Shown one piece after another: positions 38,336-49,956 of a DNA stretch of 64,000 nt. The translations under genes and the position numbers were made by a program. Position 1 is the stretch's first letter, and every line of letters starts with the position of its first letter. The notes under the pieces were generated by a model. That model saw nothing but the letters and a program-made list of their open reading frames with translations, was not told the DNA's origin and searched no databases. Location: the NCBI GenBank assembly GCA_043228905.1, contig JBHGNT010000008.1:5890001-5954000 (forward strand), given 5' to 3'. Origin of the DNA: Azolla caroliniana (Eukaryota > Plantae > Polypodiophyta).

Positions 38336-39045
38336 TGTTGGGAACTCGACGTTCCTTATGTTCGACGCTCGGCCACAACCGAGATTCTTTTCATACACAG
38401 AAAAACAGGTAATGAAAACACAACACAAAAGAGGGGAAATGGTACACAGGAGGTATACGTGGAAAACCCCAAAATAGGGGAAAAACCACGGCAGCCCACA
38501 AGCTGCAAACTGTCACTATGCAGAAATATACAACAGTGAGATCACTGAGGCAACGACCTCGTGTTCTCAGATCTTCGCCACAGGCGGCGGTTACAACAGA
38601 GGCAACGACCTCGTCTCTCTCTCTCTCTCTCTCTGTCTCTCTGTACAGTTGCGCGCTCTCTATACTTCTTGGACCAACAAGAAAGAATAACAACAAGAAT
38701 GACAACAACTACTTACACCCTAAAAGTTTGCCCTAAGTCATATTTATACTAATATGACTTTTTGGCTATTTACGAAGGTAGCCTCGATGGGCTCCATCCG
38801 GCTCTCCGCAGTCGGGTACTCCTCATCCGGTTCATACCGGGCCTACACCATCCGACTCTCCGCAGTCGGGTACTCCTCATCCGGTTCATACCGGGCCTAC
38901 ACCATCCGACTCTCTGAAGTCGGGTTCTCCCCATCCGGTTCATACCGTTTCTCCCTCGGCCTGTCAGCCTCGGCCGAGTTTGTTCGTCGGCACTGTTCTT
39001 CTCCCTTCCCAGCCGGAGGGACCTGTCTACCAACAAACTCCCCCT

Positions 39046-42000
39046 TCACTCCGGCATGGGGTGTCCTTCCAGCCCAATCCTCTTCCGGCATGCGTCCAGC
39101 TTGTCGGGTGTCAGCACTTTGGTCAGCATATCCGACCCGTTCTCGGCCGTGTGGATCTTCGTTAATGCGAACTCCTGGTCTTCTACCCTTTCCCGGATCC
39201 AGTGATACCTCCGCTGGATATGATTCGTCCGGGAATGGTAGGCCGCATTCTTAGCAAGGTGGATGGCACTTTGACTGTCGCAGTAGAGTCGGTATTCCTC
39301 TTGCCGGATACCGAGCTCCCCGATGAAGTCCTTCATCCATAATATTTCCTTGCCGGCTTCTACAGCCGCCATGTACTCCGCCTTTGTGGTTGACAATGCA
39401 ATCGTCTTCTGCAGCCTCGGCTGCCACGAAACAGCTCCCCCTGCATATGTCATCACGTACCCGGATGTAGACCGGCTGGTATCCACATCAGCCGACATGT
39501 CCGAATCGGTGAAACCGTCCAGTTGAGGTTTCCCGGAACCGAATCGGAGACACATATTTGAAGTGCCCTTCAAATACCGGAGTATCCATTTGACCGCGTT
39601 CCAATGCTCCTTGCCGGGATTACTCATGAACCGGCTCACCACTCCGACTGCGTATCCAATATCCGGTCGGGTACAAACCATTGCGTACATCAAGCTCCCG
39701 ACGGCAGAGGCATATGGGATCTTCATCATATCTGCCTTCTCTCCTTTTGTCTTCGGGCTTTGCTTGCCGGACAACTTGCAGTTTGCCGGAAGTGTCGATC
39801 CGACCGATTTTGCATCTGACATGTTGAACCGGTGAAGCACCTTTGTCACATACTTCTCCTGTGACAGCCATAGTTGCTTCACTGACCGGTCCCGAATGAT
39901 GTGCATCCCCAACATCTGTCTTGCCGGACCCAAGTCCATCATTGAGAAGGTCCGGTTGAGAGCCTTCTTCAACATCCGAATTTTTCCTTGGTCTCGTCCG
40001 ACGATCAACATGTCATCCACGTACAGGAGGAGTATCAGGAAGTCCCCTCCTTCGAACTTCTTCACAAACATGCAGTGATCGGCCTGCGTCTTGTGGTACC
40101 CTTGATCGGTCATGAAGGAGTCGAACTTCCGATACCATTGCCGGGGAGCCTGCTTTAGTCCGTACAGGCACTTCTTCAACCGGCATACCAGGTGCTCCTT
40201 CCCTTTCTCCACAAATCCTTCCGGTTGCTGCATGTAGATTTCCTCTTCGAGGTCGCCGTGGAGGAATGCCGTCTTCACGTCCAACTGCTCTACCTCGAGA
40301 TCCATGCTTGCTGCTATACTCAGCACCGTCCGGATGGAGGTCATCTTTACTACCGGGGCAAATATGTCGTCGAAGTCCACGCCCTTCTTCTGCTGGAACC
40401 CCTTCACCACAATCCTGGCTTTGTATCTCGGGGGGTTGCCGGCATCTCCCGGTTTCAACTTGAATACCCACTTGTTTCGGAGTGCCCGCTTTCCTTTCGG
40501 CAGCTCCACCAATTCGTACGTATGGTTCTCATGCAGGGAATCTATCTCATCCTGCATGGCACTTAACCATTTTCGGCTGTGGGTGTCAACCTTCGCTTCT
40601 TCAAAGCTTTCCGGCTCCCCCTCATTGGTCAGCAGGACATGCTCTGCATCCGGAAATCTCCGGGGCGCCCTTCTCTCTCTGAGAGGATATCTACGTCTTC
40701 GGGCTTCGGTAATCGGTTCCTCCATTTGCTCTTCATCCGAATCCGATTCGGGGTCTTGACCGGTTCCGGTCTCAACTTCCTCTACTTCTATTTCTGCCGG
40801 TTCGGTATCCTCACCGTAACCGGCTAGTTCCTCGAGTGCTAACCGGTCTCTTGCCGGTTGGGTCTGCTCATTGTAGAGTCTATCCTTACCGGTCGACTCG
40901 GAGTTCATTATCTTCTTCTCCGACTCCCAGTCGGCGAGCGTCTTGTCCTCCATGAAGATAATATCTCGACTCCGGAATACCTTCTTGTCGACCGGGTCCC
41001 ACACTCGGTAGCCGAACTCATCGTCACCGTAACCGAGGAATATGCATGGCCGGGTCTTTGGATCTAGCTTTCCTCTCCGGTCCTTTGCTACATGCACGTA
41101 CGCGAGACACCCGAACACCCTCAGATGCCGGTAGGACACTTCCTTACCGGTCCATACTCTCTGTGGCGTGTCTCCGTCCAAGGGTACTGAGGGTGATTTG
41201 TTTATCACATATGTCGCCGTCGACAGTGCCTCAGCCCAAAACTTCTTGGGTAGTTTTGCATGCGCTAGCATACTCCGGACCCTCTCCATTATGGTCCGGT
41301 TCATCCTCTCGGCCAGTCCGTTTAGTTCCGGCGTCTTCGGCACGGTAAATTCGAGCCGGATTCCCTTCGAGCGGCAGTACTCCTCGAACTGCCCCCGGTA
41401 CTCTCCTCCGTTATCTGCTCGAACCGCCTTCAGCTTCCGGCCGGTTTCTCTTTCCACTCTCGCGTGGAGCTCTTTGAAGACGGATAACACCTGATCCTTT
41501 GTCTTCAGCGGTGTGGCCCACAGCTTCTGGCTGTGGTCATCTATGAACGTCACGAAGTACTGCGCTCCGGCATGTGACTTCGTGTCTACTTGACAAACAT
41601 CCGTATGCACCAACTCCAGTGGTGCATTACGTCTCATCGGTGGCCTTGGTCGGAAGGAGGTCCGGTTCTGCTTACCGGCCAGACAATCAGTGCACTTCTC
41701 TAAATGCACGTTCTTCACTGGGATGAGGTTGTCGTCTGCAAGCCTCTTCATCCCCTTCTCACTCATGTGACATAGCCTCTTGTGCCACAGCTCACCGGCA
41801 GTGTCGGAAGCCACGTTCACTTCTTCCGGACATAACCGGGTATTCATCAGGTACAGTGTGTTTACCTTCCGGGCCCGAGCCACAATCAGGCTCCCTTTGC
41901 TGAACTTCATGACACCGTTCCGGATGCTACCCGTGTAGCCTTCATCATCTAGCCGACCGGCTGATATCAGGTTCAGACGAACTTCCGGAACGTGTCGGAC

Positions 42001-43030
42001 ATCCTTCAACAGCAACTTGCATCCGGTTGGTGTTGTCAGCCACACGTCTCCTATGCCGACAATTCGGCATGTTCCTTCATTCCCCATCCGGACACAGCCG
42101 TGATCACTGGCTGAGTAGGATGAGAAGCATTTCCGGTCCGGGGTAAGGTGGAATGACGCTCCGGAGTCTACCACCCAGGTCATCTCGTCGCCGGCGTGGT
42201 TTATCTCACTCTCCTCGGTGATGAGCATCAACTCCTCTTCACTTGCCGCAATTGTCGTCGTTCCCTTCCGGTCCGGCCCCCTCCGGTCTGTACCGTTCCG
42301 GTTCGGGGTTTGCTTCGAATCGGTACCGTCGGTTTCCTTGTCTTTACGGAAATGCCGACAGTTCTTTTGGAAATGTCCCGGCTTGCCGCAATAGAAGCAA
42401 GTAGGCCTCCCCCTTGACTTTGACCGTGTCCCCGACTTCTCCCGGTTCTGGGGACTACGGTTTCTATGTCTTCGGCGTTCCGATTCGGTAAGGAGCGCTT
42501 TGGAGTCGGAGCTTGTATCTTTGTCTTTCTGACGAGCCTCCTCATCTAGCAAGCTTGACTTTACTCTTGCTAGGGATAACCGTTTTCCTTCCGGCCCGGC
42601 GTTGCCCAAAGTGACAACCAACGTCTCCCAGCTATCCGGGAGGGAACCGAGCAGGAGTAGCGCTAGGACCTCATCGGCAAGAGGTACTTCCAATGACGTT
42701 GCCTGGTGAATCAACCCCTGGAAGGCATTCATATGCTCCGCCATGCTGGAGCCATCTTGGTACTGGAGTCTTACTAGCTTCCGGAATACCGACACTTGAT
42801 TGACAGCATTTTTGTTCTGGAACATTATGCCGATCTTCTCCCAGAGCTCATGAGCCTTGCTCTCTTCATTGAAGTTGTTGTACAGGCTCATGTCGATGAA
42901 GCACCGTATGTACGCCGTTGTCTTCATGTGCATCACCTCCCATATCGCGGCGTCGATTTTGTCCGGTCTCTTGTCCCCGAACTGAACCGGCAGCCAGAGG
43001 TCTTTAACCACGAGCATGTCCCTCATCTTC
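39046..43030 (-). CDS. Element I Gag-Pol, open downstream of the J insertion (first ~22 codons at 48620-48554)
   Basis: No stop over about 1326 codons; CFYCGKPGHFQKNC, VVDSGAS, YVDD, RNase H; MDKSFGG...WKSK|MRD joins across TSD TCTTC. Confidence 0.88.
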
Positions 43031-46000
43031 TGTTGAAAAAACCAGTGCTCGGCCACAACCGAGGAATAGGATTAACTCACAGAAAACAGGAAATACAAAA
43101 TGCACGAAGACAATAGAGAGGAGAGTACACAGGGTGTTTTACGTGGAAAACCCTAAACGGGAAAAACCACGGGAGTACAAGACTCCAAACCAACACTATA
43201 CAGAGAAGTATACAATGGCGAGCTGCAAGGCGACGACCTTGAGCTCGCTGTCCTCGCCACAAGCGGCGGTAATACACAGAGGCAACGACCTCCTCGTTTC
43301 TCTCTCTCTCTCTCTCTCTCGGCTGCTCTCACTTCACTCCCTCTAAGTGAAAAACAGAAAATGAGCAGCAACAACAGCAGCAATAAACTGTTTGCCCTAA
43401 GTCATATTTATACACATATGACTTTCGGGCTATTTACAAATATAGCCTTAATGGGCCCTTGGCAAACATATTCACAAATATGTCCCCGCATCCGGATCTC
43501 TCTCCGGGAACATTCATCATCCGGCTCCGTAGCCGGGGTCTTCATCATCCGGCTCCGTAGCCGGGTCTTCGTCATCCGGCTCCGTAGCCGGGTCTTCGTC
43601 ATCCGGCTCCGTAACCGGGTCTTCGTCATCCGGCTTCATGCCGGGTACTATTCATCATCCGGTTCCGTAATCGCAACCGGGCTTGCCGTCATTCATCTCC
43701 GGACATCCCATCCGGAGGGACCGAAATCCCAACAAACTCCCCCTTCACTTCGGCATGGGATGTCTCTCCAATCCGATCCTCTTCCGGCATGCTTCTAGCT
43801 TGTCGGGTGTGAGCACTTTGGTCAGCATATCTGACCCGTTCTCGTCCGTGTGGATCTTCGTCAATACGAACTCCTGGTCTTCTATCCTTTCCCGGATCCA
43901 GTGATATCTTCGTTGGATGTGCTTCGTCCGGGAGTGATAGGCCGCGTTCTTCGCAAGGTGGATGGCACTCTGACTGTCGCAGTAGAGTCGGTACTCCTCC
44001 TGCCGGATACCGAGCTCTCTAATGAAGTCCTTCATCCATATTATTTCCTTGCCAGCTTCAACGGCCGCCATGTACTCCGCCTCCGTGGTTGACAATGCAA
44101 CCGTCTTCTGCAGCCTCGACTGCCACGAAACAGCTCCCCCTGCATACGTCATCACATACCCTGATGTGGACCGGCTGGTATCTGCATCAGCCGACATATC
44201 CGAATCGGTAAAGCCGTCGAGTTCGGGCTTACCGGAGCCGAATCGAAGGCACACGTTTGTTGTGCCTTTCAGGTATCGGAGTATCCATTTGACCGCGTTC
44301 CAATGCTCCTTGCCGGGATTACTCATATACCGGCTTACCACTCCGACTGCGTATCCAATGTCCGGTCTTGTACACACCATTGCGTACATCAAGCTTCCGA
44401 CGGCAGAGGCATATGGTACTTTCATCATGTCCTCCTTCTCAGCCTTTGTCTTGGGACTTTGCTTGCCGGATAACTTGCAGTTTGTCGGGAGGGTTGATCC
44501 GACCGGTCTTGCTTCCGACATGTTGAACCGTTTAAGCACCTTTGTCACGTACTTCTCCTGTGACAGCCACAACTGCTTCTTCTTCCGGTCCCGGATGATG
44601 TGCATCCCTAGTATTTGCCTCGCCAAACCCAGGTCCTTCATTGAGAAGGTTCGGTGAAGAGCCTTCTTCAGCATCCGTATCTTGACCTGGTCCCGTCCGA
44701 CGATCAACATGTCGTCCACGTACAGGAGGAGTATTAGAAAGTCTCCTCCTTCGAACTTCTTCACAAACACGCAGTTATCGGACTGCGTTTTGTGGTACCC
44801 TTCGTCTGTCATGAAGGAGTCGAACTTCCGGTACCATTGCCGGGGAGCCTGCTTCAGACCGTAAAGGCTCTTCTTCAACCGGCATACCAGGTGCTCCTTC
44901 CCTTTCTTCTCGAATCCTTCCGGTTGCTGCATGTAGATTTCTTCTTCGAGGTCACCGTGAAGGAATGCCGTCTTCACGTCCATCTGTTCTACCTCGAGGT
45001 CCATGCTTGCCGCTATGCTCAGCACCGTCCGGATGGAGGTCATCTTCACTACCGGGGCAAATATCTCGTCGAAGTCGACGCCCTTCTTCTGCTGGAACCC
45101 CTTCACCACGATCCTGGCTTTGTATCTCGGGGGGTTTCCGGCATCTCCCGGTTTCAGCTTGAACACCCACTTGTTTCGAAGTGCCCGCTTTCCTTTCGGC
45201 AACTCCACAAGTTCATATGTGTGGTTCTCATGCAGGGAATCCATCTCGTCCTGCATGGCACTCAACCACCTGCGACTCTGGGTGTCGTGCTTTGCTTCTT
45301 CAAAGCTCTCCGGCTCCCCCTCGTCGGTTAGCAGCACGTGCTCTGGTTCCGGAAATCTCCGGGGGGCCCTTCTCTCTCTTAGAGGATATCTCCGTTCCGG
45401 AGCTTCGGTAACCGGTTCTTCCGATTCTTCTTCATCCAAATCCATTTCGGGATCGGGGCCGGTTCCGGTATCATTTTCATCTTCTTCGGCCGGTTCTGTT
45501 TCTTCACCGTCTTCGGCCGGATCCTCGAGTGCTAACCGGTCCCTTGCCGGTCGGGACTGCTCCTCGTAGAGTTGATCCTCACCGGTCGACTTGGAGCTCT
45601 TCATCTTCTTCTCCGACTCCCAGTCGGCGAGTGTCTTGTCCTCCATGAAGATGATGTCTCGACTCCTGAATATCTTCTTGTCGACCGGGTCCCATACTCG
45701 GTAGCCGAACTCGTCGTTGCCGTAACCGAGGAATATGCATGGCCGGGTCTTTGGATCTAGCTTTCCTCTCCGGTCCTTTGCCACATGCACGTATGCGAGA
45801 CACCCGAACACCTTCAGATGCCGGTAGGATACTTCCCTACCGGTCCACACTCTCTGCGGCGTGTCTCCGTCCAAAGGTACTGAGGGTGATCTGTTTATCA
45901 CGTATGTCGCCGTCGACATTGCCTCAGCCCAAAACCCCTTGGGTAATTTCGCATGCGCCAGCATACTCCGGACCCTCTCCATTATGGTTCGGTTCATCCT

Positions 46001-48553
46001 CTCGGCCAGCCCGTTCAGTTCCGGCGTCTTTGGCACAGTAAACTCGAGCCGGATTCCCTTCGAGCGACAGTACTCCTGGAACTGCCCCCGGTATTCCCCT
46101 CCGTTATCCGCTCGTATCGCTTTCAGCTCTTTGCCGGATTCCCTTTCCACTCTCGCGTGGAGTTCTTTGAAGACGGACAATACTTGGTCCTTTGTCTTCA
46201 ACGGTGCGGTCCACAGCTTCCGGCTGTGATCATCAATGAATGTTACGAAGTACTGGGCTCCGCCATGTGACTTCGTTTCTACCTGACACACATCAGTGTG
46301 CACCAACTCCAAAGGTGCACTACGTCTCGTCGGTGGCCTTGAGTGGAAGGAGGTCCGGTTTTGCTTACCGGCCAGACAGTCGGTGCACTTCTCCAGGTGC
46401 ACATGCTTCACTGGAATAAGGTTGTCTTCTGCAAGCCTCTTCATCCCCTTCTCACTCATGTGGCACAGTCTCTTGTGCCACAGCTCACCGGCAGTATCGG
46501 CTGCCACGTTCAACTCTTCCGGACACAACCGGGCATTCATAAGGTACAGTGTGTTGACTTTCCGGGCCCGAGCCACTATCAGGCTCCCCTTGCTGAACTT
46601 CATTACGCCGTTCCGGATGCTACCTGTGTAGCCTTCATCGTCTAGCCTCCCGGCCGAAATCAGGTTCAATCGGACCTCCGGAACGTGTCGAACATCCTTC
46701 AGCAGCATCTTGCATCCGGTTGATGTCATCAGCCACACGTCTCCTATGCCGGCAATCCGGCATGTACCTTCATTTCCCATCCGGACACAGCCGTGCTCAC
46801 CGGCTGTGTAGGATGAGAAGTATTTCTTCTCCGGGGTCAGGTGGAACGACGCTCCGGAATCGACCACCCAGGTCATCTCTTCACCGGCAAGGTTCAGCTC
46901 CCTCTCTTCGGTAATGAGCATTATCTCTTCTTCACTTGCCGCGAGTGCCGTCGTTCCTTTCCAGTCCTGCCCTCGCCGATCCGGACCTCTCCGGTCCGTG
47001 GCTCCCCGGTACGCACCGTTTCTCTCCGGTGACTTCTTCGAATCGGTGTCGTCGGCTCCGTTGTCCTTTCGGTAATGCCGACAATTCTTCCGGAAGTGCC
47101 CCGGCTTCCCACAGTGGAAGCATGTGGGCCTTCCTCTTGACTGCGACCGGGTCCCCGACTTCTCCCGTCTTTGCGGACTCCGGTTCCATTGTCTTCCCCG
47201 TTCCGATTCGGTAAGCAGCGCCTTCGAGTCGGAAACCGGTTCTTTATCTCTCCGACGCGCTTCTTCGTTCAAAATGCTTGTCTTTACCGTTTGTAGAGAC
47301 AAGTTATCTTCGGTGCAGGAGGTGCTGAGAGTCACCACCAAGTTCTCCCAGCTTTCCGGCAATGTACACATCAGAATGATGGCTTGCATTGCATCCTCCA
47401 ACGGGAACTTGATCGCCGCAAGCTGGTTCACGAATCCCATGAACGTGCTTACGTGTTCGACCATGCTCTCGCCGTCCCGGTACTTAAGATTCACTATCTT
47501 CCTCATTAGGGAGGTCCGGGTCAGAGCATTCTTCCTCTCATACAATCCGGACAGCTTCCGCCACATCTCATAGGCGTTCGTATCGTTCGCCACATGTTGC
47601 AGGACACTTACATCGACATATTGCCGGATCGTCGCTACGGCTTTCCGGTTCAGGAGCTTCCACTCCGACTCTATTACCCCCTTGGGTATCTCGGCATTGT
47701 CGATCGGTTCGTACAGGTCTCGGACGATGAGAAGGTCTTCCATCTTTATCTTCCAGTCGGCGTAGTTCTGTGAGTTCAACACCATCATGCCCGGAGGCCC
47801 ACTACCGCCGCCTTCCATTTTCTGTGTTACCGTCGCTCTGATACCACTTTGTTGAAAAAACCAGTGCTCGGCCACAACCGAGGAATAGGATTAACTCACA
47901 GAAAACAGGAAATACAAAATGCACGAAGACAATAGAGAGGAGAGTACACAGGGTGTTTTACGTGGAAAACCCTAAACGGGAAAAACCACGGGAGTACAAG
48001 ACTCCAAACCAACACTATACAGAGAAGTATACAATGGCGAGCTGCAAGGCGACGACCTTGAGCTCGCTGTCCTCGCCACAGGCGGCGGTAATACACAGAG
48101 GCAACGTCCTCCTCGTTTCTCTCTCTCTCTCTCTCTCTCGGCTGCTCTCACTTCACTCCCTCTAAGTGAAAAACAGAAAATGAGCAGCAACAACAGCAGC
48201 AATAAACTGTTTGCCCTAAGTCATATTTATACACATATGACTTTCGGGCTATTTACAAATATAGCCTTAATGGGCCCTTGGCAAACATATTCACAAATAT
48301 GTCCCCGCATCCGGATCTCTCTCCGGGAACATTCATCATCCGGCTCCGTAGCCGGGGTCTTCATCATCCGGCTCCGTAGCCGGGTCTTCGTCATCCGGCT
48401 CCGTAGCCGGGTCTTCGTCATCCGGCTCCGTAACCGGGTCTTCGTCATCCGGCTTCATGCCGGGTACTATTCATCATCCGGTTCCGTAATCGCAACCGGG
48501 CTTGCCGTCATTCATCTCCGGACATCCCATCCGGAGGGACCGAAATCCCAACA
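43031..48553 (-). mobile_element. Element J: intact, very young Tnt1/Tork-like Ty1/copia
   Basis: 704-bp LTRs 43031-43734 and 47850-48553 with two substitutions seen; iMet PBS 47835-47846; PPT; TSD TCTTC. Confidence 0.96.
43745..47818 (-). CDS. Element J Gag-Pol polyprotein (1357 aa)
   Basis: Intact ORF from ATG 47818; zinc knuckle, DSGAS, WHKRLCH...[21 protein letters not shown], RNase H. Confidence 0.96.
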   Translation of the reverse strand: MEGGGSGPPGMMVLNSQNYADWKIKMEDLLIVRDLYEPIDNAEIPKGVIESEWKLLNRKAVATIRQYVDVSVLQHVANDTNAYEMWRKLSGLYERKNALTRTSLMRKIVNLKYRDGESMVEHVSTFMGFVNQLAAIKFPLEDAMQAIILMCTLPESWENLVVTLSTSCTEDNLSLQTVKTSILNEEARRRDKEPVSDSKALLTESERGRQWNRSPQRREKSGTRSQSRGRPTCFHCGKPGHFRKNCRHYRKDNGADDTDSKKSPERNGAYRGATDRRGPDRRGQDWKGTTALAASEEEIMLITEERELNLAGEEMTWVVDSGASFHLTPEKKYFSSYTAGEHGCVRMGNEGTCRIAGIGDVWLMTSTGCKMLLKDVRHVPEVRLNLISAGRLDDEGYTGSIRNGVMKFSKGSLIVARARKVNTLYLMNARLCPEELNVAADTAGELWHKRLCHMSEKGMKRLAEDNLIPVKHVHLEKCTDCLAGKQNRTSFHSRPPTRRSAPLELVHTDVCQVETKSHGGAQYFVTFIDDHSRKLWTAPLKTKDQVLSVFKELHARVERESGKELKAIRADNGGEYRGQFQEYCRSKGIRLEFTVPKTPELNGLAERMNRTIMERVRSMLAHAKLPKGFWAEAMSTATYVINRSPSVPLDGDTPQRVWTGREVSYRHLKVFGCLAYVHVAKDRRGKLDPKTRPCIFLGYGNDEFGYRVWDPVDKKIFRSRDIIFMEDKTLADWESEKKMKSSKSTGEDQLYEEQSRPARDRLALEDPAEDGEETEPAEEDENDTGTGPDPEMDLDEEESEEPVTEAPERRYPLRERRAPRRFPEPEHVLLTDEGEPESFEEAKHDTQSRRWLSAMQDEMDSLHENHTYELVELPKGKRALRNKWVFKLKPGDAGNPPRYKARIVVKGFQQKKGVDFDEIFAPVVKMTSIRTVLSIAASMDLEVEQMDVKTAFLHGDLEEEIYMQQPEGFEKKGKEHLVCRLKKSLYGLKQAPRQWYRKFDSFMTDEGYHKTQSDNCVFVKKFEGGDFLILLLYVDDMLIVGRDQVKIRMLKKALHRTFSMKDLGLARQILGMHIIRDRKKKQLWLSQEKYVTKVLKRFNMSEARPVGSTLPTNCKLSGKQSPKTKAEKEDMMKVPYASAVGSLMYAMVCTRPDIGYAVGVVSRYMSNPGKEHWNAVKWILRYLKGTTNVCLRFGSGKPELDGFTDSDMSADADTSRSTSGYVMTYAGGAVSWQSRLQKTVALSTTEAEYMAAVEAGKEIIWMKDFIRELGIRQEEYRLYCDSQSAIHLAKNAAYHSRTKHIQRRYHWIRERIEDQEFVLTKIHTDENGSDMLTKVLTPDKLEACRKRIGLERHPMPK

Positions 48554-48927
48554 TCTTCGACTTCCACATTGAATAGTTGGAGCCGGTGAGCTTGAACATG
48601 CCGCCAAACGATTTGTCCATTTTCTGTGTCGATTTCGCTCTGATACCACTTGTTGGGAACTCGACGTTCCTTATGTCCGACGCTTGGCCACAACCGAGAT
48701 TCTTTTCATACACAGAAAAACAGGTAATGAAAACACAACACAAAAGAGGGGAAATGGTACACAGGAGGTATACGTGGAAAACCCCAAAATAGGGGAAAAA
48801 CCACGGCAGCCCACAAGCTGCAAACTGTCACTATGCAGAAATATACAACAGTGAGATCACTGAGGCAACGACCTCGTGTTCTCAGATCTTCGCCACAGGC
48901 GGCAGTTACAACAGAGGCAACGACCTC

Positions 48928-48978
<51 letters not shown>

Positions 48979-49956
48979 CAGTTGCGCGCTCTCTATACTT
49001 CTTGCACCAACAAGAAAGAATAACAACAAGAATGACAACAACTACTTACACCCTAAAAGTTTGCCCTAAGTCATATTTATACTAATATGAATTTTCGGCT
49101 ATTTACAAAGGTAGCCTCGATGGGCTCCATCCGGCTCTCCGCAGTCGGGTACTCTTCATCCGGCTCTCCTCATCCGGTTCATACCGGGCCTACACCATCC
49201 GACTCTCCGCAGTCGGGTACTCCTCATCCGGTTCATACCGGGCCTACACCATCCGACTCTCCGAAGTCGGGTTCTCCCCATCTGGTTCATACCGTTTCTC
49301 CCTCGGCCTGTCGGCCTCGGCCGAGTTTGTTCGTCGGCACTGTTCTTCTCCCTTCCCAGCCGGAGGGACCTGTCTACCAACATACTCTTTGTGGCTCGTC
49401 ATGTGATTCGACGCACCGGAATGAACGTACCACACTTCCTCCGATTTGGAAGTGGTCTTCTTCATCGAGTTAGCCTCATGTTTAATCACCAAGGCTGGCC
49501 CTTTACCGGCTTTTCCGGTTTTGGATCCTTCCGATCCTTCTGCGTAGTGCGAGTATTGTCCGTTCTCTCTGCTGGCCTTACCAGATCCGGATCTGTTTGA
49601 ATCAACGCGCTTCTTCCAGCACTTGCTTTCTCTGTGGCCCTTTTTACCACAATACCAGCATTCCGTGTCGGCCTTTGCTTGCCGGCCTTCGGCCCCACCT
49701 TGACGCAAAGCAGTACATCACTCTATTTGCCGCTTGTTCCCACACTGGGAAGTCCTTGTGTGCCACATCAAGTGCTGTGTCGTTAGCTCCGTCGACATAG
49801 CTCCAGTAACCATGCCCAAGCAGGTACTGGTGCATCTTGTATGACCAAGATGCGTAGTTAGATCTGTCGAGCTTCTCCACCGAGACCAAGATGCCAATCC
49901 GGCACAGGCTTATTCAGCCGATCCGGATCCAGTTGAGTTTGCCGCTGAACATTACA

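Larger units (their letters stand above)
38336..49382 (-). mobile_element. Element I: Tnt1/Tork-like Ty1/copia, interrupted by J
   Basis: LTRs 38336-39035 and 48651-49382; iMet PBS 48637-48648; TSD CACTC/TACTC. Confidence 0.94.
34057..49951 (-). mobile_element. Element H: decayed Ty1/copia; most of the 5' LTR and the PBS deleted
   Basis: 3' LTR 34057-34464; 5' LTR remnant about 49906-49951; TSD TTACA; PPT TTGAGGGGGAG. Confidence 0.88.

Noticed and set aside
38794-38947. 54-bp (I LTR) and 27-bp (J LTR, 43516-43635) tandem repeats as CRISPR-like arrays
   Set aside because: No unique spacers; ordinary U3 tandem repeats in eukaryotic DNA.
39323-47573. Many plus-strand ORFs over the copia elements
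   Set aside because: Antisense shadows of GC-rich gag-pol.
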